Below are positions 38,920 through 53,410 of a DNA stretch of 64,000 nucleotides, piece after piece. Positions within the stretch are counted from its first letter, which is position 1; every line of letters starts with the position of its first letter. The notes under the pieces were generated by a model. The model had not been told where the DNA came from. It did no database searches and saw nothing but the letters and a program-made list of their open reading frames with translations. Source of the DNA: Lama glama (Eukaryota). The DNA lies in the NCBI GenBank assembly GCA_028534125.1, contig CM052816.1, positions 27,282,001-27,346,000 of the forward strand. Direction: 5' to 3'. Both the position numbers and the translations under genes were made by a program.

Positions 38920-39455
38920 CCTATTTACTCTCAGATCCATTCTCTCAGGTAACTGTATTTCCTCAGTGTCTTTGTCAGCTGACTGGCTCCTGGCAGGTCT
39001 CGCTAAGGGAAGATTCGGGCAGAAGATTAGAGCGCAGGTCTCTCTCTCTCTATCTCTGTCTCATATTCTCTATCTCTCTGTCTGTCTGTCTGTCTGTCTC
39101 TCTCACTCACACACACGCGCGCGCACACACACACACCCCTCTGCCCTGCTACAGGCAGTGCCTCCTGCATGTCATCAGCTCCCACAAGGCAGCATCAACA
39201 GCATCATTCTCATCATTCTTGACTGTGCTGGACTAAGGCCCTAATTTGCAGGTGGTAATGGATCTCTTTCCTTTATCCTCTCAGCCCTAGGGGTGGTGGT
39301 GGCTCCCCTGCTTTTGCTCATCTCAGGATTGCGTTATCCTGCTTAGTGTGGGGTCTCAGCTCTTCCAGGACCACAGGAACTAATACCCTAATTTCCCTCT
39401 GTCTGAAATATCTAGAGTGGCTTCTGCTTATTCTGACTTGGCCCGACTAGTTCAC
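38920..39455 (+). mobile_element. ERVL solo LTR (LTR33-like) containing a (TC)/(CA) microsatellite
   Basis: 'cagccctaggggtggtggtggctcccctgc...aatttccctctgtctgaaatatctagagtggcttctg' resembles the LTR33 3' end. Confidence 0.65.
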
Positions 39456-39479
39456 TTTGTTTCCTCCTAAAGTTTATTT

Positions 39480-39772
39480 TTTAAAGACTCGACTTAGGGG
39501 TTACTTAGGAAGGAATTCCTAAGGAAGCATTCAAGCCTACGCCCGACTTGGAGTTTAGATTATCTACCACCTCTTCCTCTCTGCAAAGTTCCTCGGCAAA
39601 TTACACTCAATGTACTTATCATACCTTAATATGATTATCTGCTCATGCATCTGCCTCTCTGATGAGATCCTTTCTTTGTCTTGTTCACCACAGTCCACGG
39701 TGCTCAGCACAGAGTCTGGCATATGGAAGGTGCTCAAAAATTTGTTGAATGAATTAAAAAGTTCACTGAATG
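39480..39772 (+). mobile_element. L2 3' end
   Basis: 'cagcacagagtctggcatatggaaggtgctcaaaaatttgttgaatgaat'. Confidence 0.75.
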
Positions 39773-40269
39773 AAGCAGGGGAACCAAACAGGGATTTGTT
39801 ATAAGAAGCAAACTTCAGCTAAGCCACAAAAGGTCTCCAAAATCTTCTGCACCAGTACTATAGAAAGTCTTACCACAAAACAAATCATAGTTCAACACAT
39901 TAAAATAAATATGGGGCATACTGCATTTGGGGGAAGGGCATGTATCATAAAATCAAAGTCGTAACTCCAAAAAATTTAGGGCTCATGGTTCCAAAAAGTC
40001 CAGACAGGGAATTGGGGAAAGTAAGAAAAAGATGGACAATTGACAACAGTGAACACCCCAAACAAGCCTGACCAAGGTTCGGGATGGGCAACAAAGCAGG
40101 TGGGAATCAAAGGGGAAAGAGCCGCCACCAGTACAAACGACAGGTTCTTCTGAGCTTCGTTTCATGTTCAGACTCCAGCCTCACCCAAATGTCTTGCGCG
40201 TGCCTCTTTTTACTACTATTCTCCTCTGTTTCCTTTCATTGGAGAAAACCATTGGCGGCTACTATTTTA

Positions 40270-42560
40270 AAAATTATTGAATAAAAGGAAACTTCCTCAA
40301 TTAAATAAAGACTATTTACAAAACCTTATAGCTAATACCGTAATAGTGAGAAACCCAAAGTTTCCCACTAAGGTCAGGAACAAGGCAAGGGCGTTCGCTC
40401 TCACTGCTCATTTGCAGCACTGGACTGGAAGTCCTAGATGATGCCATCAGACAAAAGGAAATAAAAGTATATATACCAGGAAAGAAGAAATAAAACTGTC
40501 TTTGTTTGCAGAGGACATGATCGTCTATTCAGCAAATCTGAAAGAATCGACAAAAAAACTCCTGGAACCAGTAAGTGATTACAGCAAAGTTGTCAGGCTA
40601 CAAGGTTAATATACAAAGATCAACTGCTTTCCTATATACCAGCAAATAACAAGTGGAGTTTGATATTAAAAACACATGATTTACATTAATACTCCAAAAA
40701 ATGAAATGCTTAGTTAGAACTCTAATAAAATATGTATAATATCTATATGAGGAAAACTATAAAACTCAGATGAATTAAACTAAGGAAGAACTAGATCAAT
40801 AGAAAGAGACTTCATTTTTATGGATAGGAAGACTCCATATTGCCAAGACATCTGTTCTTTTCAACTTGAAAACAAAGTCCCAACAAGTTATTTTGTGGAT
40901 ACTGATAAAATGAGTCTAAAATTTATATGAAAAGGCTGGAGGTACAAAGGCAAAAGAATAGCCAACACAATATTCAAAAGAATAACAAAGCAGGAGGACT
41001 ACCTGACACTTACTATAAAGCTAAACTAATCAAGACAGTGGAGTACTGGTGAAAGAACAGATAAATAGATCAATGGAACAGAACAGGGAGCACAGAACCA
41101 GACCCACATAAATTAAGTCAATTGATATTTGACAAAGGAGCAAAGGCAACAATACAATGCAGCAGAGTCTTTTCAACAAATGGTGCTAGAACAACTGGAC
41201 ATCTACATGCCAAAAAAAGAATCCTGATGCACACTGTACACCCTTCATAAAAAGTAACTCAAAATTGAACACAAATCTAAATGTAAAATACAAAACTATA
41301 AAACTCCTAGAAGATAACATATGGGAATCCTAGAAACCCTTGGGTATGGTGATGACTTTTTAGCTAACACCAAAGGCACAATCGTGAAAGAAAACATTGA
41401 TGATAAGCTGGATTTCATTAAAATCAAAAACTTCTACTCTGTGAAAAACAATGTCAAAAGGTAGGCCAGAGATGGAGAAAATGTTTGTGAAAGATACATC
41501 TAATAAAGAACTATGATCCAAAACATACAAAGAACTTTTAAAACTCAACAATAAAAAAGTGAACAACTAATTTTAAAATAGACCGCAGATCTTAACAGAC
41601 ACCTCCCCAAATAAGAAATACAGATGGCAAAGAAGCATATGAAAAGATGCTCCATATCATATGTTATGAGAGAACTAGAACAATAATAAGATGCCACTAC
41701 CTATCTATTAGAATGACCAAAATACAGAACACTGAGAAATGCTGACAGAAATGTGGAGTAAAAGGAACTTTCATTCATTGCCAGTGGGAATGCAAAATCA
41801 GCCATATTGGAAGATAGTTTGAAGTTTCTTACAGAACTAAACATACAGTTACCATGCCATCCAGCAATTGTGCTCCTGGGTATTCACCCAAAGGAGCTGA
41901 AGACTTAGGTCCACATGAAAATCTGCACAGGGATGTTCACAGCAGCTTTATTCATAACTGCCTAAACTTGGAAGCAATGAAGATGACCTTCAGTAGGTAA
42001 ATGGATAAATAAGCTGGAGTACATCTAGATAATGGAATATAATTCAGCACTAAAAAGAAATGAGCTATAAAGCCATCAAAAGACATGGAGGAACCTTAAA
42101 GGCATATTACTAAGTGAAATAAACCAATCTGAAAAAGCTTCATACTGTCTGATTCCAACTAAATGACATTCTGGAAAAGGCAGAACCATGGAAAGCTTAA
42201 AATGATCAGTGGTTGCCAAGAGTCTGGAGGCGGGGGGAGAGGGATGAACAGGCAGAACACAGAGGATTTACAGGGCCGTGAAAATACTCTGTATGATACC
42301 ATTATGTTGGATACATGTCATTATACATTTGTCCAAAACCATAAACTACAACACTAAGAGGGAACCCTAAAGTAAACTACGAACTTTGAGTGATAATGAT
42401 GTGTCAATGGAGTCCATCAATTGTAACAAATGTCCCGCTCTGGTGAGGGATGCTGATAATGGGGAAGGCTGTGCATGTGTTGGGGCAGGGAGTGTATAGG
42501 AAATCCCTATACTTTCCTCTCAATGTTGCCGTGAACCTAAAACTTCTCTAAAAAAAATTA
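40270..42560 (+). mobile_element. Old L1 (L1MC1-like), degenerate ORF2 3' half plus 3'UTR
   Basis: RT region 'tctttgtttgcagaggacatgatcgtcta' (FADD-like), 'ttcaacaaatggtgct', and an L1MC-type 3'UTR; many stops. Confidence 0.95.
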
Positions 42561-45500
42561 AGTCCTCAAAACAAACAAACAAACAAAAACCCAACCCATT
42601 GATTTTCCAGCACAAACTTATCAGTGTACAGTTAAAAAAAAAAAGAGATCTAAAAGGCCCTGGTGACTTGCTTAAGGCTACACAGATTTCTAATGGCAGA
42701 GCTGGGAAGAGGACACACGCCTCCTGAGTTGTTCTGCCGACACTTTTCACATTTGTTGAAAAATAAATAAATAAATGAGAGTAATAAAAATAAATGAAAT
42801 GAAATTGGGGAAAAAAATACTTTTTGTTTCTCGACATTAAGGCAACTTGACCTCAGGTTGGTTGCTGCCTACGCATTCACACCAAAGCACCCAGTCCAAA
42901 TGACTTCATTAGCAAGACATTCATTAAGTACAGGATGTCACACTTTCACTACAAGTGGGCCAACAAGCGTGGCGGCATAAATGATACACTTGGCTTAAAT
43001 ACAAAATTTTTAGAATAGGCGTCAAAAGTCTTACAACGATCATATCTGAAGAATAAGTAGTTGAACATAGATGCTTATTTTCTCAGATGAATAATATGTG
43101 GTAGGTTTCTTTAAGATATTTTTCAGCTTCAAACCATTTTAAATCAATCAATAGATGGTTGATAAGTCCTCACCAGTTTTTAACACTGTTCTTAGCGCTA
43201 TGACAAATAGGAATTCTGTTGTCTTTCTCCCTTTTTTCCCTTTTTCCTGAAGTCAAGTTGGATCCTCAGTTTAAACACTCTGATTCTCCATTCATTTCCC
43301 CTTTTCCTGGGCCTAACTCTTCCAGGTGAAGTATAGCAAATGGAGCGAATCTCAACCATCAGGGCCCTGGTAAATCTCAGCGACCCTACCTACACAGGGT
43401 CTTCCAGAGAAGGAACTGTCACTTCCAGACCAAGTCCCTTCCAGGAAGCAATGACAACTGGTAGAACAGACAACATGGATATGTGACTACGTGAATTGCT
43501 GGCATTAAGTGCAACAAAAAAGCCAGTGAGACAAACAACAGAATTCATGGTACCTGGAAAAATCAGTGTTTTAAAACACAGATTCTTTCCCTCTTGACCA
43601 CATCTTTTGTCTGTGACTCAAACCCTTATCAAACTTTTCAAACTCCATCCCCCAAGGTGAAGCTAGCTGGAGCACGTGTCGCTGCATTATTCAATTCATC
43701 TGCATGTGTTTGCTATCACTATGTCATGGGGGGGTGGAGGGGGTGCAGCACTGCCAAGGCCACTGAGTGTGGTTCATGCTCAGTTCAGCCTCAGTTGGAC
43801 CCGGCTTCATCCGTCAAACTCCAATTGCGTTCTTGGCTCACTGCATTCTTGTTATCCAGTGAAATGTAGACATTCTCCAGTTTCCTCCTCCCCCATTTCA
43901 TCTGATTTTGCACTTGGTAACCACCACACATTCCTATGAGTTCTCTGACTTCAAACATTCCATTTCTACTGATAAGCTTTAAACTTTTCCTGTTCTAATT
44001 CACGCGATTCTCTTCAAGTCAATATTATAGTCCCTCTGTACATTATTAAGGTTAACAGAAGGCACACCTGGCTCTGACCCCATTTTTCTTTCCATTTGGT
44101 CCATTCCTGGGGTCAAAAAACACCCAGGATCCTGAATTTCCAATATACCCGCTGTGGTGATTTACATTGGTCACCTTATACCTCAGTGGGCCAAAACAGC
44201 TCTCACTCTTGCCAGATTTCTACTCCATCACCCAATGTTCACAGGCATTTAAGTGCTGGAGATGCAGCATCCTCATCTGTGAAACAGGAACATCTGACCT
44301 CTGAGTGCTTTGTGAGGACTGAATGACATCACGTAGGCAGTCCTCAGAATCGTGCTCAGTAGAAGTTAGCTGTTGCTTTTATTATTATTTTCATTACAGG
44401 TCTACTACGGTATCTCCAAGGAGAAGCAAAAGTTCATCACGGCACCAAGGTCAGTGATGATTAGGAAAATCGGGACTCTGTAGCTGGAATTTAAAACATT
44501 TACATACGTTATCTTCCATTCATAGTTGTACCCAAACTGTGGCCATCCTCCAGTAGTAGAAAATTACAAGGGTCACGCTTTCAAAATCATTACTGGCCAG
44601 TTTTATAGATGGTGAAAAGTTGACTGCTGACACAGGGCTGAAGAAGCAAGAAAAATCTTTCTCCCCCTTTTTATGTCTGGTCTGTCATTAGAAACTGATT
44701 ATGTGGAAGCAGAAGATCAAATGATACCGATGGAAAAGCTGATCTGAAAAATCCAAGAGACAGCATGAGCAGACATGCTGAAGAAGATCACACTGGGGAC
44801 CTTCAGGTCAGTGATACAGCTCTTTATCAGGGATGACAATAATTCCACACAGGAAGGCCTGGTTATCCAACTTCCCACAGTTTCAAGGTTGCAGAGGGAT
44901 AGAAAAGTCAGCATAACATGAAAATATTTGTCAACTGACTATTTTAACCACCCCCCACCCCACCCCCCAAACAACAGCCCTTCTGCTTACAAGCAGCTTC
45001 TCTCTATTTCCATTAAATCAACATCTACAGAAGTCAGTCCCACAGTGGTCGTGGGAGGTTTCAAACCCTCCTTCAGCATGACACAAATACAATGCAAGCA
45101 GAAGGGAAGGGAAACTGCAAGCTTGCAAAAGATGCAGGGTCCATGAAATCAGAAAAACAGTGATGCTGGGTAACTGCTTAAAATACACATCAGGTCACTG
45201 GAAAAGTTGGAGCACTTAGTAATTTCAGAAATATATCAACAAGGATGATGGTGTAACAAATGTTTCACAAGAGAATGATTTGACTATTAAAAGACAAAGA
45301 CAAGGCTTTGGATAAGTTGATGAAGCACAAGGGCACTTTTTGTTGTTGCAGAAATAACCATCATTATGTGCTACAAAGACAAACACAAAACAAAAGATGT
45401 CATGTAATACGAATGTATAATTTTGAAAGGACTGACTGCCAATTCATTCTAAAGATCTAACCTAAATCTTATTAAATATAGGCCTAAATGGACCTATTTT

Positions 45501-48016
45501 CATAATTTCAGTTTAACTTTTCAAGACAAATTCCAATGAGGTGAATTTCATTTGTTTGTTTCATTGTTTACTATGAAAACATGTTCTAGTATTTAGTGAC
45601 TTCATTTTTTAAGCGGGCTTTTATTCCAGCCCTGATTACTCTCAGATAATGAGGGCCTCTGGTACATGTAATCATACTTTTTTTTCCCATGGAGAATACT
45701 TGGAGACATTACAAAATAAAACTTAAGTGCTAAGTGAAAGCAATCCAAAGAAACATTTCTCTTCTCCAAGCAGAGTTCCAACTAATGAATTTCATGAAGC
45801 TAAAGAGACAGTACTGCTTTCTACTGCTGTGTTACAGCAACCAATACATGTCAGGTACTTTACATGCTTAACTCCTAAAATTTACAATTCTGCAAAGTTG
45901 TTAGAATCAGCCCTGTTTTAGAGACAGGAAAACCAAGACATGGATTAGGAACCAATCATTAGTTCATAGAGCAGTAACTGGTGGAGAAATGATTACAATC
46001 CACAGTGAATAAGATTCCTAAAGCCCTGAGGAGACAGTCCACCCAGGGCCGGATGCTGGACTTGGTGGGAACTTGCAGTTTTCAGTTCAGTCGCTAATAC
46101 AATGCTATTCATTACCCAGTGTTCATGAGGAATGGAGTTTCTGGGGCTGGCTGTATACCCAGCCCGTCGGGAAGACAGAAGATCCAGAGCTCCAAAGCGG
46201 TTCCAGGCGTTCTGTTCAACTGGTGCTGCTTTAGACATCTGAAGTGCTTCCAAGCACTCTTACGTATTCGCTTGTTGGGGGATATGCTTTTGAGTAGAAA
46301 GGCAGGCTATGTTACTAAATATTTAGGTCTCAACGAGCCAAAAGCTATATTGACATCAAAATGTTAAAATCCAAAAAGAACTCTGGGAAAGTGGTTACAG
46401 GTGCTCCCTGGAACACTGTTTTCCCACTTCTGCATGAAAGCCCAGCCACAAGTCCAAATAATCAACCCTGACTGCATAAAGAGGTCTCTCAAATCCAACA
46501 GGTTCTCTAAGCTGTAGCACATTGTCTGCACAGGAACCTTTGCAGCATGAGATCCTCGTCCTGAGACGCAGAAGGCATTATTATTTGTGACTAGCGACAC
46601 ATGCTCGAGACCAAGCTCTTTATCTCTAAGACTACAGATTCATGAGCTGCTTGGCACTTGGCTTTTAAGGACATAATACTTTTTCCAATAAAAATAAAAT
46701 TAATATGACTTTCAACTAATAGCTATTATATTTCTCTCATAAGATCTCATTAAATAAAGATATTCACTAATTCATTAAGCTTTCTGGAGAAAGGTAGAGT
46801 AAATCTACAAAGTGTATTTGTTTTATTCAAGATCTAAACATCTCATGTTGTTACTCAGGGCAACGGAACATTCAACGTGAAAACTACTCAAAACTTTAAA
46901 TGCTCTGATGTTATTTTGGTAGTTCAAATCTAATAAACTTTCAGAATCTAGGCTTCAGAACATAATTCAGTAAATTATTCTGGACTTGAATGATGTATTT
47001 CTCTGTCTTAAAACAAAAATGACAAATTATTGTTTTTGAAACTATTCTTATTTGAAAATAGTTTTCATATCTACTACATGGAGTGATCTCCTATCTAGAC
47101 AACTGTATATTTTTAATTGTATTAAAAAGTGTCTTTAAAGGTTTCAGGTAAGTTTTAAAACATTGTTAGAAGAAAACCTTAAAAAGCCAAGAATCAGACT
47201 TATTTTTTAATAGATGTGATTTGTTACAAGGAAGACACAAATTCTTAGCCCTGGATTACCTTACTTCTTATTACATAGATTCAGAAATTCCTCTGAGTTC
47301 AAAAGTTCACAGCAACAATTTATAAGGGTCTTAGCTCTGAAGCAAGCCAGAAGGCAAGCGCTGCTTTTAATCAACACTCAGCTACAATCCTTATGCTGAG
47401 GCAGATCTCCAATCGGTGTGATATGGACACTTGCAAGTTCTTACACTGCTAAGACACCTTTTAAAAGAATGATTTTCACAAGGTAAATAACCTGCAGGTA
47501 CATGCATTCCATATTTCTAACTTTTGGGAACTGAAGCCTTAGAGGTTAAAAGAAAAAAAAATAACACTGTGCATACACACTAGATATAAAGGGAGGAAAA
47601 TGGTTTGTCGTGCTAGACATAGTCCAGGAAAAATGTAGTTTTCTCCTGGAAGTCTGATAATGCCTTTATTTGAAGGTTGGAGTCCCCAAAGTGAAGACTC
47701 TAAGGAGACGAGGTGAAAGATGGCAAACAGAGGGGGGATTAGAAGGGATTCCATTATGAAGATTAAGTATTTTCCCCAAGTCTTCCCTTACATATTAAAT
47801 ACTTATTTTTTTTTAATCCTGCAATTTAAACCTATTTATGGGTATGGAAGGACTGGAGACAAATACTAAAATGATGAAGGTATCTTTACCTGAAAGATAT
47901 AAGGCCCTTCCTTCCTCCCCTCATGTACTGAGCACCCGTGTCAGACAAGGCCATGGCGCATTCAGCGTGAACAAGCAGGACAGGCTCGCTGCCTTCAGAA
48001 ACCACATTTTGTAACG

Positions 48017-48228
48017 CAGTGTCGTCCAACAGAACTCGGTGACGATGGGAACGTTCTATATCTGCACTGTCCGATCTGGCAGCCACAAGCAACAGGTGGC
48101 TACTGAGCACTTGTAAGGCGGCCAGTGCAACTAAGGAGCTCAAGTTTAGATTTTCTTTCATTTTAACTTATTACATTTAAATTTAAATAGCCACATGTAG
48201 CTAATGGCTATCCTATTGGACAGCACTG
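48017..48228 (+). mobile_element. MER3-like hAT MITE
   Basis: Terminal inverted repeats CAGTGTCGTCCAA...TTGGACAGCACTG and 'atttaaatagccacatgt'. Confidence 0.85.
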
Positions 48229-48390
48229 TTCCAATGGATTAAGCAGACCATAAACAAGGAAATAAATAAGCATATAAAGTCTTCTCTGGTTTACATAAGT
48301 GCAATAAAGAATAAAAAGGAGGCTCAGGATGGCTGGGGGGAGAAGGTTGGGCTTTTTAAATTACGATGGATCAAGAAAGGCCTCTTTCTG

Positions 48391-48896
48391 GCACAAGATA
48401 TCTTTCCATTTCTCTGTATCATCTTCAATTCCCTCCATCAAAGTTTTAGAGTTTTCAGAGTAAAGGTAACCTCCTCGGTTAAGTTTATTTCTAGGCATTT
48501 GGTTGTTTTTGATGCAATGAAAATGTTTATGCCAGTTATAAAATTCTGGTTTTTGAAGTGAAAAAAAAAAAAAGGTGAATGAAGGGCCACAAATGGCAAA
48601 ATATCCTTCTCTCTTAAGGGTGAGTTGTATTCCATTACATTTATATGTTGCATCTTCTTTATCCATTCATCTATTGACGTGCACTTAGGATGCTTACATA
48701 TCTTGGCAATTATAAGTAATGTTGCTCTTAATAGCAGGGTGTGTGTATGTATCTTTTTGAATTAATTCTTATTTTGTGATTGGCTTTACTCCTTTGATAA
48801 CTATGGAAGTTTAAAAAGCTAAAGCTCTAAATGTTCTTAGAAACAATAAACAGTACATACATGTAAGTTTTTAAAAATATGTGCAGTTAAAAAAAA
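48391..48896 (+). mobile_element. Composite retroposed insert containing two antisense L1 fragments
   Basis: Perfect 18-bp TSD AAGAAAGGCCTCTTTCTG at 48373-48390 and 48897-48914, AATAAA at 48845-48850, and an A-tail. Confidence 0.8.
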
Positions 48897-49428
48897 AAGA
48901 AAGGCCTCTTTCTGTAGGACAAAAGGCAGCAAGGCACAGAAAATGTTGGGGGGGGGGAAGGCCCAAGGTGAGACGGCACTCAGCAGAGAGACAGCAGGAA
49001 GGCTGATGTGGAGGAGACTGGGTGCCAGGGTGAGGGGACAACATCTGAGAAGCAGGTGGAGGTGTGAGTGTGCACAGCCTTATGGCCAGTCGAGGCAAGT
49101 CTGCAGTTTACTCTGATGTGGAGGGAAGCCAGTGAAGGGTTTCAAGTGGAGAGCATCGTGAGCTGATTTATGTTTAATGAGACTGAACAAGAAGCTAGCT
49201 GGAGAACAGATTTCCTACTAGAAGAGTGGAAAAAGCAGTCAGGAGGGAACTGTGCAGTCAGGCCTGATGCTCCAGTGGCTTGGCTAGGACCACACCAGTG
49301 CCAGACTCCACTGTACCAGGAGGGGAGAGCCACCAGGCCCTGGCGACAGGTGATGGCTGGTGAGGGCATATATGTGTGTGAGAAAGGAAAGGGAGAGATG
49401 AAGGAGGAGGATTCCAAAGATAGCTGTA

Positions 49429-49616
49429 CAAGTTTACACTGTATAGCACAGGGAACTATATTCAATATCTTGTAATAACCTATAATGAAAAAGAACATGA
49501 AAATGAACATATACATGTATGTGTATGACTGAAGCGTTATACTGTACACCAGAAATTGACACAATATTGTAAACTGACTATACTTCAATTAAAAAAAAAT
49601 GGGAAAAAAAAAAACC
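49429..49616 (+). mobile_element. 5'-truncated L1 3'UTR
   Basis: L1 3' end plus A-tail, with 15-bp TSD CCAAAGATAG(C/T)TGTA at 49414-49428 and 49617-49631. Confidence 0.9.
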
Positions 49617-49772
49617 CCAAAGATAGTTGTAGAGCTAATCCCAGTATGACCAAACTCAGGGGAGGGAGTGTCATTTGAACCACTGAACAGTGTGAGAAAA
49701 AATGATGCTCCAACTCCCAGAAGCAGTCAAACCAGAACAGCCCTTATCAATGTGTCATGAAGCCTGTGTATC

Positions 49773-49799
<27 letters not shown>
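49773..49799. repeat. (TG)n microsatellite
   Basis: Direct reading. Confidence 0.95.
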
Positions 49800-49804
<5 letters not shown>

Positions 49805-52239
49805 TTTAAGTAAGATGTGCCCAATTACTTCAGTCCAATCAGAAAGAACATCTTTAACTTGAGGCATATAAATTGCATAATGACCTCTTAAAAAGGGAGC
49901 TAACTCTTTACATCTGTTATTGCTAAAATACCTTTTGGGATAGTACTAAACACAATCTACATATGTTTAAACACACATAAATGCCCCCCATCTTCGAAAC
50001 CAGTTATTCTAAACCGTAATCAAATGCTAACTAGTAGGAGAGTTGGGGTACAGAGCACTTAAATCTCCCATTACTTATGTTGTTTTCAAGTGTTTAACCC
50101 TGGAATTGACAACGTTTTCCCTGAGGTAACCGTTGGTGTGTAACGGATAGAAAAGGGGCTTCACAGATAAGGTAGTGTCACTATATGCACGCATTTAACT
50201 TAAATGCAGCTCTACAGAGAGTAGGAGGAAGAAAGGGAAGCAGCTGACAAAGTGTGAGAAATCCCCACTCACCATTCCCCACAACAGCTCTAGGCCTGAG
50301 AATGAACATGGGACTGAAGACAGGAAATTAGCTGTTCCACCCATTGATTTGGTTCCCATTTATTTCATGGTGTGGGGATCTTACCATGTCGGGTGTCCTT
50401 CTAGTGTTACTTTTTCCTATAATGTGGCTCTATATCATCTGATGCACAAAGACAGAGCACGGTTTCCAACGCTGGAGGAAAAACTAGCAGCCCTGGGCTT
50501 ATGGGAAGGTGGATTTTAAGGGCAATTTAATCGGTATTCAAGGGTCACTTTGACTACACAGTTTTTGCCTCATGCTCTGAGCTTATAATCTAATCGCCTT
50601 ATAGGATAGGGGTTCACGGGGTGACATTATTGGCCCAGAGTTGTTTCAACTTTACTTAGAAGGAAAATCATGAAGGACCTTATATGACTCTCCCTTAGCT
50701 TGAAAGAACTTGAAAATCAAGTTTTAGGGCAGGCCATATATATGAAGGACCTTAACACAAACAAAAGAGAATACATACATTTTGAGGAGTCTTACCTATT
50801 ATATTTATGGCCTCTGAAACATGGTTTTAAATCTAAGTTGAGTTTGTTGTGTGTTTACTTATATGACCTCTGGAGAGGTAATAGGGAAATCTTTGCATGG
50901 AATTTCCTTACCTCTCTGGAAATGTCTGTCATATGAGGCTAAACTCTTGAACAAAGAACGTATGCACCCCCCACACACACAAATTTTTATTCTACTAAAG
51001 AGTATATGATCTCAAAATCTAAACATTCCTTTGGAACATAAAACCAGAATTTGTATCCTGGCACTTGCAGATTTGGGAGTGATGCCTAGAAAAACAAACA
51101 TGTTTTCTTTAATTAGTCCTAAAGGAAAAGAAATACAACTGGAAATTAATATTGTTGGTTTTAAAATGCAACAGAAAACATGGGTCATAAACTCTGAAGG
51201 AAATCTGAATCTGTCCTATGCTCTAATCTGAAAAAAAAGTATAAAAACAAATAAAAGGCCAGTTGATCTGCTTTAAAAGGGATGTTTCATTTACTGTTTT
51301 TAATTAGTTTGTGTTTTTGCTCATGTTTAAACTCTTGCTAGGCTGGTCATTGAAAATATCATATAACCCTAGTCACATAACATTAACATGATTACTTCAC
51401 TATATATCTGCTCCAAGACAATCAGCTCAGTCAGGGCAACTTTCCTTTCAATTGCCTTTGCTGAAAAGTTGCATAAACATCCAAGACCAGTTAATTCTTT
51501 CCATGGGCTTTAAGCCTCATTGACATGCAGATGAGACCTGATCAGATGACAGGCCCGGGAGCCAAGCGCTGTGAAGGAGCTTCCCCCACACAGAAAGGCT
51601 GGGGACTCCACTGCACCGGCCCAGAGGAGCGTGCGGCAGGAATTATCTCTGCTCTCATCACAGCCTCTCTGGGAGAACAGGGTCTCCTGTAAAGAATAGT
51701 AGACTACATACAATTCTCAAAACACTCTTTCTGGAACCCAATGAAACATGCAATAAGCAGAAGTGGGAAGGAAATTCTAATCTGTGCCTTAAGAAAATGA
51801 AATACCCAGCTTTCTGAAAGAGGAAGAGTAATTGAATCAAGGAACTGCAAACTCAAGTGTCTCCTGGCCAGGCCAGGGCATGCCAGTGAGCCACCTGGAA
51901 AACCTACCTGAATTCTAAACTCCATGAGGGCAGGGTCTGGCTGGGTCAGTCTGGTTTCCAACTATATCCCAGCATCCTGCCCCATATCTGGGACATGGTA
52001 CTGCTCAGTATGTACGCCTTAAATACGTTAATACGTGTAGTCATCAGTAGCTGTGTAATTTGGGCAACTCACTGTCTCTGGGGGAGCCCTTCTTTTCTTA
52101 GCTTCAAAATATGGGGGTTGGATTATACCAGAGGTTTTCACACTGGCTCAGTCTCAACATACCCCCATCTTGGACCCTCTGTACTATTTCTGCTTTAAGC
52201 ACAGCAGCTGTCTTTTCCCTCTTTTTTCTTATAATTGTT

Positions 52240-52545
52240 ATAATGATTTTAAGCTTTTGGTTGAAAGGTACACAAATCTCAATTGCACAGCTTAATAAAT
52301 TTTTATAAACTGAAGCCATCTCCCTCTTGCCCCATATCAGTCATCACCTCCTCTTCAACCCTAGGTAACCACTATCCTGAATTCTAACACAACAGATTGG
52401 TAGGCCTTGCTAATTGTGTATAAATGGAATCGCACAGTATGTACTCTTGTACCTGGTTTCGTTTGCTCAACATAGTGTTTGGAATATTCATTCACACTGT
52501 TGTGTATAACTGTTGATTCCTTCCAGCTCTACAATTCTATTGATG
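52240..52545 (-). mobile_element. L1ME-like 3' fragment
   Basis: 'aggtaaccactatcctgaattcta...ataaatggaatcgcacagtatgtactc'. Confidence 0.75.
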
Positions 52546-53069
52546 CTAATTAGTAACCCAATGTACAAGAAAAAATACCTTAGAAAGCTTCCAGGGCAAT
52601 TTAACTGATCACTGCAACAAAGAGAACCATAAGCAGATAGAGCCCAGGCAGTATCATCTTTGTCTACATGTGTATTAAAGGATTTCCCATGTAGATGGGG
52701 TTCTGTACCCCCTGGGGGAGGAGTAACTGAAAGCTGGTGGTGATTCCAGTACTGCTCCAGATAAAGTTGTTCAGAATCTACAGTTCTAATTAATTGCTCA
52801 GTTGGAGCCGTGGCGTACCCACTATGGTTAACCACACGTTTATCTGTACAGCAAGCTGTAAAGTGAGTAGCCTGTAACTCAACTGCATGAAGATAACAAA
52901 AGGAAATATTTGTTGAAAAATGGACTAACATCCTCTTTTTAAGGAACCCAACTTGTCTTCTTACGCTCTGTCTTTTGCCCACAATGATTTTTTTCTTGGC
53001 TTGTGACTGGGAGGATTAAAAAGCCTGATTCTTTTTACAAGGTTCATAGTGGGCAAGAAAGAGTTATCT

Positions 53070-53410
53070 GGAGGGAGGGAGGAAGAGGCAGAACACAGAG
53101 GACTTAAAGGGCAGTGAAACTACTCTGTATGACACTGTAATGGTGGAAACAGGCCATTATACATTTGTGTAAACTTGTGAACTGCAGAACTCCAAGAGTG
53201 AACCCTACGGTAAACTGTATGCTTCGGGTGATAATGATATGCAAATACAGGCTCACCAGTTTTAACAAATGCACCACTCTGGTAAGGGATGTTGATCACC
53301 GGGGAGGCCAGGTAAGCCTGGGGGCAGGAAGGTTACAGGAAATCTCTGTGTCTGCCTCTCAGTTTTGCTGTGAATTAAAAACTGCTCTAAAAATAAAGCC
53401 TATTAAAAAT
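53070..53410 (+). mobile_element. L1MC-like 3'UTR fragment
   Basis: Clearly homologous to 42240-42560 in this window. Confidence 0.85.

Noticed and set aside
50670..50754. 13-bp direct repeat ATGAAGGACCTTA, 72 bp apart
   Set aside because: Only two copies, with no A-tail or element between them; not an array or a convincing TSD.
52488..52982. 164-aa minus-strand ORF
   Set aside because: Non-ATG start, runs into an L1ME fragment, and has no recognisable homology.
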